From Pseudovirgaria hyperparasitica (Eukaryota): a stretch of DNA of 64,000 bases. A program made the position numbers and the translations under genes. Position 1 is the first letter of the stretch; every line of letters starts with the position of its first letter. Positions 52,251 through 62,079 of the stretch are shown in pieces. The stretch lies in the NCBI GenBank assembly GCA_010093815.1, contig ML996575.1. The stretch is one strand, 5' to 3'. The notes beneath the pieces were generated by a model. It saw only the letters and a list, made by a program, of their open reading frames with translations. It did not search any database and had not been told where the DNA came from.

Positions 52251-53657
52251 CAATACGAATGAACAGCTAGCCAGTAACGGACGGGGGACAGGCAGCAGGC
52301 GTAACAGCATCACAGCATCCAGCATCCAGCATCGCGACTGTGGTAGTAGTATAGTATAGTAGTATGTACTATTACCTTGGTGATGAGTAATAATCCATAC
52401 AGTAATTGAATGCAGTAATAATACCAATAATAGTAATTACTGGATGCCCGCCGAACGCCAACCCGGTGGGTGGTGTTCGACAGGTGTTCGACAGAAAGTT
52501 CCTTTGGTCGCAACGGTTTCGGCGCTAGAGACGCGCGAATTTCAGCCCTGTCTTGGGGGGGGGGAAAGTCTGGGGGGGCGTCTGGGGTGTGTTGGGCTGT
52601 CTTGGGGTGTCTATTGGGGGGTGATTGGGGGTGATTGGTCCCTAGAATGGGTACGTCTAGGGCTACTGCTACTATACCCAGGAACAAAGGGACCACGAGT
52701 GCTGGCGGAGAGAGCCCAGAGAGCCCCAGACTGCCCTAGACTGGCTCCCCCTAATTAGACCCGCGAAACCTCCCCCCGGAAACCCGCCAAAACCAGCCTA
52801 AATCAGCCAAAACCAGCCAAAACCACCTCTAAGAAAACCCCCCGAACTCTCTCTCCACCCAAAAAACGTGGCAGCACGCAGCTCGCAGCGCAGTGCAGCA
52901 CCAAGAAGAACCCAAGCAGCAGCAGCAGCAGCGGCTGCCTCAGGCACCCACAAGACCAACGGCCTTTTAATCTTGTGGCCTTAGGCTGCAGCTCTCTATC
53001 CCAGAACCTAATGGTGCAGCGAACAGTTGAGGCAGCACCGCCCGCCTACTTGCAGGCGACCGTTTGGGTATGTAGACCGCGCTTTGGACCCGTCGATAGT
53101 CGCTGTCACCGCCGCCGTCAGCTGCACCTCCGCCACCATCGCCATCACTGCCATCTACTAATTATCACCACCCTCACCACCCCCTGCACTCCTTTCTCCG
53201 TCAGCTGCTCGTCGCCCCAACTGTTGGGCCCGTGGCTTGACGCGCTCATATTGAATTGCGCCCTTCTTTTGACCTCTACGCCTCCTCTCCGCAGCCCAGT
53301 CTTGTTGGTCCGGCAGGGTTCTTCTAAGCGACCCCGACAGACAGAGCAGAGCAAGACGTAACGCATACGAAGACTGATAATACCGCATCGTGTCAAACCC
53401 TCCCGATCCGCCGCCCAAGCCTCATACCTCGTCCACATCTCCTACCATACCACACCCTCCAGCCTCACCTCTATTCACAGCATCGACCTGCTCTGCTTCT
53501 TCTGTCATACCCGCTTCAATTGCGGCCCTTCACACACACGCCCTGTCGCGCCCTTCCGCTCTCTCCATCCGCTTCCATCCATGTACACGCCTTGCAGCTA
53601 ACGCCTTGACCGACCTCGCGCCGCCACATTTGCGCTCCATCCGCCTCTCTGCGCAAC

Positions 53658-56220
53658 ATGTCGTCACTCTGGGGTCGCTTCAAGACGAAAGATGTATGAT
53701 CGCAACCTCTTCCAGCTTCCTGTCGCTCCGTCTGACTCTAATTGTCTTCTCCAGGGCCCAACCCCATCTGCCAAAGAAGCTCCTGTCAAGAAGGATCCCA
53801 ACACGCCTCAGCCAACTCCTCTCGAGCTGATGCTTGCGGATGCCGGTCCCATACGCAACGATGGCAGCGATAAGTTCTTTGGTATTGAAAATGTACGTCC
53901 GAAAGATGCCGAAACTCATCGACTGATGCGTGCTAACATTGCTTGAGCAGTTTGGAAGCACATGGTATGCCCCCTCCCCCCAATTCTCGAACAACTGCCG
54001 CCTCGCGCCCCATAACTTACCACAACGCCCAGTTACTGTAATTCGATAATACAATGTCTATACTACTCCGTGCCCTTCCGGGAACAAGTCATCAATTTTC
54101 CTGCCAGGACCCCAATTGAGGCTCTGAAAGAGACTGAGCCTAGCGCTCTTCCGCAGCTACATACAGACCCAGCGACAACTACGCAGAATGGACTCCTACT
54201 GCCGACGAAAGCAAAGGGTGTGCCACCTTCGACAACAGTCACCTCGCCCGCGCGCAAACCCGTGACGCCCAACAACGGCACGCCGACGCCGGGGACCAAG
54301 CCCGAGGACAACAAGGATTCACCAGAGTACAGAAAGAAGCTGATATTGGCCGCCGGCCCGATCATAAATATGGACTATGAGAATTCTCAGTCCTACGGCA
54401 TGACGGAATCCTTGTTTGCATCCCTCAAGGACATCTTTGAAGCTATCATCGCGCACAAGTCGCGAATGGGTGTCGTGAGCCCCCACAAGTTTCTCGAGAT
54501 CTTGCGGAACGAGAACGAAATGTTTCGCACCGCAATGCACCAAGATGCACACGAATTTCTGAACTTGTTGCTGAACGAGGTCGTCGACGACGTGGAGAAA
54601 TTCTCAAGAAAGGCTATAGCTGCACCACAGGAACCAGAGGAGTCTGCACTAGAGCTCTCGTCTGCGTTGACGTCATCGGTATCCGCCGGTATGTACAGAG
54701 ATATAGCGACGAATGCGAGCGCAAGCAACACCAAATGGGTTCACGAGCTTTTCGAGGGCACGCTGACTTCGGAGACACGATGCCTTACCTGTGAAAATAC
54801 CTCTCAAAGAGACGAAGCTTTTCTGGACCTATCAGTGGATCTGGAGCAGCATTCTTCGGTGACATCCTGTCTAAGGAAGTTTTCAGAGGAGGAGATGTTG
54901 TGCGAACGCAACAAGTTTCATTGCGACCGGTGTGGTGGTCTGCAGGAGGCTGAGAAGAGGATGAAGATCAAGAGGCTACCGCGCATTCTTGCTTTGCACT
55001 TGAAGCGCTTCAAATACACAGAGGATTTGCAGCGCTTGCAGAAGCTGTTTCACCGTGTTGTTTACCCGTACTATCTGCGGTTATTCAATACCACAGATGA
55101 TGCAGAGGACCCGGATAGACTGTACGAGCTCTACGCGGTCGTGGTGCATATCGGCGGCGGACCTTATCATGGACATTATGTGTCCGTGATCAAGACGCAG
55201 GATCGTGGCTGGCTCTTATTTGATGATGAGCTGGTTGAGCCGGTGGACAAAAGTTACGTACGGAACTTTTTCGGTGGCGAAAACGTTCTTGCGTGCGCAT
55301 ACGTCTTGTTCTACCAGGAGACCACCGTAGAGGCCATGCAAAAGGAGCAGGAGGCGGAAGGTCTTGCTGCGGCTCAAAAGGCAGCGGAGCGGGAGAAGGA
55401 GGCGGTCAACTCAGGGAAAGTCAATGGCGCCACGGCAAATGGCTATCACCATGTTCCTGTCCCGACTACACCAACCGACGAGACTGAACCTCATTTCATC
55501 AGTCTGGACCGCGTAGCTTCTGCCCCTATGTCGCCGCAATCGCCTTCTGCGGCACAAGATGAGCCCGAGCATACTTTGACCTCGCCTCTCGAGTCCACGG
55601 TTCCGACCTTGTCGTCTACGCCCAAGAACAGGAAGGCGGATGCCGCTGCGAAGAAAGAAAAGAAGGCTGTGGAAAAGGCGGCCGAGAAGGAGCGCAAGGC
55701 ACAGGAGAAGGCACAGGAGAAGGAGCGGAAAGCACAAGAAAAGGAGCGTGAGAAGGAAATGTACGAAAAGCAACGATCGGTAATGGACCGCCGACGAGAA
55801 GCCCTGAAGAAACAGGATGAAGAGCTGCAAGCCGCGATTGAAGCATCCAAGGCTTCGGCCGCCGAAGAAGCTCGACGGACGGGCACCACAAATACCGAAT
55901 CCTCGATTGCGAACACTGCCACCACCACTACGACCACCACATCGACCGAAGCGACCGAGGCTTCGTCCGAATTCGAAGCATTGTCACAAAGTCCGCGCGC
56001 ACGAATCAGAAACGAAGAAAATCTAAAAGAGAAAGGCCTCATGGGCCACGGTCTGAGCAGGTTCCGGAACAGCAGCATGAGTCTGAGGAACAAGCCTAAA
56101 TGGCTTGGGAACAAGGACAAGGGCGAGCACGATACGTCACTAGAGCCCGGCAAAGACGATAAAAAGGATGGCAAAAACAGATTTAGTCTGGGGAAGAAGA
56201 AGTCTGGTTTCTTTACATGA
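53658..56220 (+). CDS. creB: Ubiquitin C-terminal hydrolase CreB (USP12/46-like)
   Basis: [31 protein letters not shown] (14-nt microexon 53951-53964), HQDAHEFLN, His box [17 protein letters not shown]. Confidence 0.92.
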
Positions 56221-56814
56221 TATGGGTAGTTAAAGCTTTTGACGATACCTCTGCATGCTGGTTTGTTGGTACTGCATATCATGGGCGCACGGGTCGTTTT
56301 TGACGCATGGGCACATTCATACAGTTTTTCGGTCATGTGGGCTTGTGAAGGCTGACGCTTTCGGGTACCTTGGATACATATATGTGTGTGCATTTCGGGC
56401 ATATATTGGGGTTGCTGGGTATCTGAGTGTCGCTGGCACTTGCGGGCGACATGTTTCACCCTAGACGACTGATGCGCGATCATTGGTTCGATATTGTCTA
56501 GTTTAACTAAAGGGGTTCTAGATGTGAACGGGCAAGGGCATATCTATAAGACACTGTATAAATATATTATATTGTACGTACGTACGTACTTGCACGTCGT
56601 CATGTGCGAGCGATCAAATCGATCGAGAGGAGGAAGCGGGATCGATTGGCTGCGAGAAGTGCAGCGTTCACTTTACGGGAATCTTATGTTGTATATATAT
56701 CACACCATTGAGACAATGATATTCGACTTGATGACAGTGACGAAAGCATGAATCATCCAATCAAATACCGTGAAGCCTTGAACCCACGTGTTTAATTAAT
56801 CAATCAGCTCCCCG

Positions 56815-56864
56815 ACGCGTCGCAGGGCCGGGGCAGCATCCATCCATCCATCCATCTCACGCGT
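56815..56864. promoter_or_regulatory. Pair of perfect MCB boxes (ACGCGT), putative G1/S element for the dUTPase gene
   Basis: ACGCGT at 56815-56820 and 56859-56864; the next gene is dUTPase. Confidence 0.45.
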
Positions 56865-57022
56865 CTCCTCCCCTCCGCCGGAGGGTTTCTCAAGCGTCCA
56901 GTGTATTTTAGTGTTCTAAACGTTTAAAACAAAGACTTACTAAGTAATCATGTAGTCAATAGTTTAGCCGAAGTAATATCCGCTACCCTTCTATCCGCCT
57001 CTTCTTCTTCTCTCTCTCTCTA

Positions 57023-57200
57023 TTATACGTGTTTTTAACTGATTTTAACCTTATAGGCTTTAAAATAATACTAATTACACGTATTTTTAACTCATTTTGA
57101 CCTTATAGGCTTCAAAACAACACTGATTACACGTGTTTTTGACTGATTTTGACTGATTTTGACCTCGCAGGCTTCAAAACAACACTGATTACACGTGTTT
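57023..57200. repeat. 52-bp tandem repeat with RIP-type mutations, running into an assembly gap
   Basis: Unit starts at 57023, 57075, 57127 and 57189 (the third unit has a 10-bp duplication). Confidence 0.9.
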
Positions 57201-57645
57201 NNNNNNNNNNNNNNNNNNNNNNNNNNNNNNNNNNNNNNNNNNNNNNNNNNNNNNNNNNNNNNNNNNNNNNNNNNNNNNNNNNNNNNNNNNNNNNNNNNNN
57301 NNNNNNNNNNNNNNNNNNNNNNNNNNNNNNNNNNNNNNNNNNNNNNNNNNNNNNNNNNNNNNNNNNNNNNNNNNNNNNNNNNNNNNNNNNNNNNNNNNNN
57401 NNNNNNNNNNNNNNNNNNNNNNNNNNNNNNNNNNNNNNNNNNNNNNNNNNNNNNNNNNNNNNNNNNNNNNNNNNNNNNNNNNNNNNNNNNNNNNNNNNNN
57501 NNNNNNNNNNNNNNNNNNNNNNNNNNNNNNNNNNNNNNNNNNNNNNNNNNNNNNNNNNNNNNNNNNNNNNNNNNNNNNNNNNNNNNNNNNNNNNNNNNNN
57601 NNNNNNNNNNNNNNNNNNNNNNNNNNNNNNNNNNNNNNNNNNNNN
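57201..57645. other. Assembly gap (N run)
   Basis: 445 N. Confidence 1.
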
Positions 57646-57700
57646 CTCTTCTCTTCTCCCCTCTTCTCTTCTCCCCTCTTCTCTTCTCCCCTCTTCCTCC
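57646..57700. repeat. Polypyrimidine 15-bp repeat (CTCTTCTCTTCTCCC)n
   Basis: Three or more copies directly after the gap. Confidence 0.85.
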
Positions 57701-57720
57701 CCCTCTTTCCTCCCCACACA

Positions 57721-58508
57721 ATGGCCGCCGCCGCCGACGACAGCGCAACGCCCCTCCCCAGCACCACCACCACCCACGAACCACCCAGTCTGCCCACTTC
57801 GCCGCATGCAAAACGCACCCGCGTCATTGACGATATGGGGATTGGTATGTTGCTATGCCCTGTGGAAACAGCAAACTCCCTCCCTCCCTCCCCCCTCAAT
57901 ATCCCCCTCCCCAAAAACAACCACATCTAACCCCCCTCCAGCCCCCCCAACCCTCGAAGTAAAACTCCTCTCCCCGCACGCCCGCGCACCAACCCGCGGC
58001 TCCCCGCACGCCGCAGGCCACGACCTCTACAGCGCCCGCACGACCACCATCCCGCCCTGGAGCCGCGCGCTCATCGCCACGGACATTGCCATCAGCGTGC
58101 CGGCAGGCACGTATGGGCGGGTAGCGCCGCGGTCCGGGCTGGCGGTCAAGCATGGGATTGATACGTTGGCCGGGGTGATTGATGCTGATTACCGGGGGCC
58201 GGTGGGGGTGGTGTTGGTTAATTTGAGTGGGGAGGGGTTTGTGGTGAGGGTTGGGGAGAGGGTGGCGCAGTTGGTTGTTGAGAAGGTATGTTGTTTTCTG
58301 GGTTTGGGTTTGTGGGGGGAGAGGGAAGGGGGGGATAGGGGGTGAGAAGGGGGTGTTTGGTGATGTTTGCTGATTGTTTGTGTGGCTGCAGATTGTTATG
58401 CCTGAGGTTGTGGTTGTCGAGGCGCTTTCTGAGACGGTTAGGGGTGCGGGTGGGTTTGGGAGTACGGGGGGGTTTGCGGGTGATGGGGCTGGGGTTGGGG
58501 CTGCTTAG
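57721..58508 (+). CDS. dut1: dUTP pyrophosphatase
   Basis: [50 protein letters not shown]; two introns. Confidence 0.95.
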
Positions 58509-58831
58509 ATGTGTTTACTGGGGAAAAAGGAGGATGTAGGATATGGTGGTTTGGACGAGTGGTGGTCGGCGCATAGGATGGGATGCGGAAAGAGAACGTT
58601 GGCTTCTGTCGCGCTTCATTCACGCCACGAATGACCACGAGCGAAGAGCGTCGTCGATGCTACTACTAGAACTACTACGACTACGACTACGACTACGACT
58701 ACGACCACTGATGCAATGCATGCGTCTAATCTACAGAAGTGTCTATCTTGTATGCTCATGCGTGGACCTGACGATATCTATCGCTTGGTGCTTCTCCAGC
58801 ATATACAGTACAACCCCCCTTTTTCACATCT

Positions 58832-60291
58832 CTACCCCTGTCCTCCTCCAACACCCACATCAGCATCGAAATCAACATCAACATCCACCGCCCTCGCCCG
58901 AAACCTCTCCACACCCGGCGGCACCCTCAAATCCTCCACATTCCTCACCACCTTCACCTCCGCCGCCCGCGTCCTCGCCAAATGCCTCGCCCTCTCCACC
59001 CCCTCTCCCTCCCCATTATCCCCATCCCCTTTCCCACCACCACCACCACCCCTTTCCCCCTCCCTCCCCTCCCACCCCCTCACCCCAACAGCAGTCTTCC
59101 CCAACACCGCCCCCATACTAGCACAAACCCGCTCACACGCCCTCGCAAGCGGCAATCCCTCCCCAGACCGCACCTCATCCCCGCTCTTCCAGCTCCGCAC
59201 CCGCAACAAGCCTGCCTCCGCAACCGCCTCGCGCAGTCGCGCCACCGCAAGCGCGGCAAACATGTCCCCCGTGCCAGAGAAGAAGATTGGGTATGCCGGC
59301 ACGTCGATGCGGAAGAGGCGGGGTTTGTGCGAGGTCGTGGAGGTGGAGCCGATGATTGTTAGGGTTTGTTGTTGTGCTTCTTCTTCTTCTTCTTCTTTTT
59401 TTTCTTCTCCGGGTTCTGCGTCTGTGGTTTTGTATGTGCTGGTATGATCAAGCCGCAACGACGTAATGACTACATGCGGCACGCCATGCACGCGATGCAG
59501 AACGTGCACGGCGCGCGCGAGAGAGGACAGGTCGGTTATCTTGGTGTCGGAGAGGAGTTCAGCTTCGAACTGGTTGGGCAGGATGAGGTCTGCGGAGGGG
59601 AGGAGGGCTTTGTAGGCTGGGACGCAGGCTTTGGGGACGTATAGTCGGCCTTGGTCGCCCATGACTGGGTCGAGGACTATGCAGAAAGCAGGTTAGATTG
59701 GTTATGTGTTTCCAGGAAGGGAGGAAATGAATAGACGGCATACCCCAGAAGAACCCACCTGGCCGGCGCGCGCCGAGAAGTCTCAGATCCCGTGCTATCT
59801 TCCCGACTGCAGCGACGGCATCGGCACTGGGTATGTAGCCGCTCAGCAGGACGTCGAAGGCGTCGTTGAGGCCTGATTGCGCGAGGCCGGCGTACAGGTC
59901 GAGGATCTCGTCGGCTGTGGCTTTGCGGCCTTTGAATTGCTTGTAGCCTGTGTGGTTGCCTGTAGTAGTGCGGCGCACGCTGGGTCAGGAGCTGTCTTTT
60001 TTCTATGGTTTGTTTTGGGGGGGGGAAAGGGGGTGTATTGTACTGTAGTGCACGGTGTTGATGGCGGTGACTTCGCAGCCCAGCGATTGCATGACGAATG
60101 TCGCCATTGTGTTTCCGACGTAGCTGGGTTGGGTGGTCAATGAGGGTCAAGATTTCTGGGACAAGGAGTTGGACTCACCCGTAGGCTACCTGCGCAGGTC
60201 AGTATGCGTAGCGACGGAAGGGCAGCTCGCGCGTTCTTACATGACTGGCTATGGCTAGGACGCTGGTTTCGGGGACGCCTGGGCTGGACAT
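58832..60291 (-). CDS. Pyridoxal kinase (Bud16-like)
   Basis: VLAIASH|VAYG|YVGN, NHTGY, LLSGYIP, DPVMGDQGRLYV, PNQFEAELL, FSGTGDMF; several short exons. Confidence 0.92.
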
Positions 60292-60698
60292 GGCTGGACA
60301 AAGTCCAATGCTCAATTGATCGTTGAGAGAGGAGAGCGGTCACGAACAAGACAGACAGAAGAAATGATGTGGACGGCGGAACGTGTGTGCAGGAATAAAG
60401 CTAACATTATCTGATCAATCATTTGACTCGTGTGACGTGACGTTGGTGGGGTCGTTGAGGTTGTATGGATCTTGGTGCCCCGCGCTAGTCTTATGACTGC
60501 GAGCGATGGGTTGGGTTGGAGGATACTATATATCTCCAATGACAAAAATGAGGCTAAAGTCCTGCGTCTCTCACCACTATCGCCATCGCTAGGTCATATC
60601 TGGGGCTGCTGCAGACGACCAAGGATTGTATCAAAGGCCGGACGGTCATCGTTCTAGACTTGCACGAAGCCTCATTGGCCGAGTCGACCATTGATCCC

Positions 60699-61685
60699 TC
60701 ATTCATCATCGCCAATCTACACAAAGTTTGTTAGCCAAGGATCAGGAGCAGGTCCACAGGTCGTGAAGCGTACCTTTGGCGCAAGATAGAATCTTAGATA
60801 GCTGTTGCTGGCCAGACCGTATTCTACTAGAAGTGGGACTTCGTTTGACAGGCACAGTTTCACCTGCCCCGACAAGCCACTGGCTTTGCAGAAGTTCACC
60901 AGGTATTTGAGAGAGAATGTGAGCGCGACAGGCTCAGTCAGGTCAATCTCAACGTTGTTCTCGGGCTTGTCCACGTTGGTGTGCGACCGGAGCGTTACGG
61001 AGCCTGAGCCGATATCACCATTACATGAAAACTTCACACCCTCCTTGGTGCACTCAATCGCGACTGCGTGGTGATATCAGCAGTCATTCTTGCCCGTTCA
61101 TCGACTTATACACGTACCAGACTCCGACAAAGCCATCAGATCTCTGCAAATCTTCTGGAACTCCGCCGACGGCATCGAGATGTTCGCGGCGTACTCAGTC
61201 TCCGGAATGCCGAGATGCTCTTGATCAATGTCCATAAGCTTAATATCATACTCGCTCAGCCGATCAGAGTCGGCGCTCTCAAACACCAAATTGACAACAT
61301 CGGGCGCGTCTTCAGCCTTTAGTGTCAGGATGTCTTCGCTGTTCGCGCATCGAAGCACTTTTTGGAGAGACGTCAGGTTGATACCCAGGGCTATGTTGCG
61401 GTCGCACCGGAAAGGGGAGAAGCTCTCGGATTTGAGCATCATCGACACGAGTGCGACGTGCGAATTGTCCATGGCCTGCAGCGCTATCCCGCTATCATTA
61501 CAGTCGAAGTTACAGTCTTGTACGAGGTCTTTGATGGCATCGACAACCTGTGACCTGTCAGCGTAGGTCTAAATGCTCGCTGTCGGTATGGCTGACCTTT
61601 TTCAGCAGGTTGGCCTGCTCTAGTCTTGCTTCAAGCACTGCATGGTGGTCAGACGTGGATGCGGAGCCAAGTGACAGGACATACT
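60699..61685 (-). CDS. pcnA: Proliferating cell nuclear antigen
   Basis: (M)[50 protein letters not shown]; the start codon is split A|TG by intron 61684-61638. Confidence 0.97.
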
Positions 61686-61804
61686 CTTGATTACTTTTCA
61701 GTGGCTAAATTGATTAGAAGTCTGCGTATGAAGTTGTGGGTGTAGAACAGACAGTGGAATTTGGGAAGAAATGACGAACCAGGAAGTGTGGGGTGCTTGC
61801 AGCG

Positions 61805-61830
61805 AGCGCGCTGCGGAAGACGCGACGCGA
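61805..61830. promoter_or_regulatory. CGCG/MCB-like elements upstream of PCNA
   Basis: agcgcg...acgcgacgcga, ~120-145 bp upstream of the PCNA start. Confidence 0.45.
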
Positions 61831-62079
61831 TTGTTCAATTAGACGTGAAATCACGCTAAACCTCAATGGGGTTAAACTACTGCACCGTATTCTGGGAATT
61901 AGTTAAACATACTATTCACTTGTTCCATCGCTAGCTTGATCAAGAGAATTGAATCAGAGTGCCTTTGAGAAGAGCTAGATTTCTTCACAGTTGCACAGAC
62001 ACGAATGTACGAGAGTACTGACAGTCAGATACAATTTTCATTTGCAACTCCCTTACCCTGGAATGCTCCTATGTCAGGC

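Noticed and set aside
55491..56483. 330-aa minus-strand ORF
   Set aside because: Antisense shadow of the low-complexity CreB tail.
57023..57200. CRISPR-like or telomeric array
   Set aside because: Head-to-tail units with no unique spacers and no TTAGGG; fungal context.
57092..57926. ORFs spanning the N run
   Set aside because: Artefacts of translating an assembly gap.
58543..59447. Pro-rich plus-strand ORFs
   Set aside because: Antisense to the G-rich 3' end of pyridoxal kinase.
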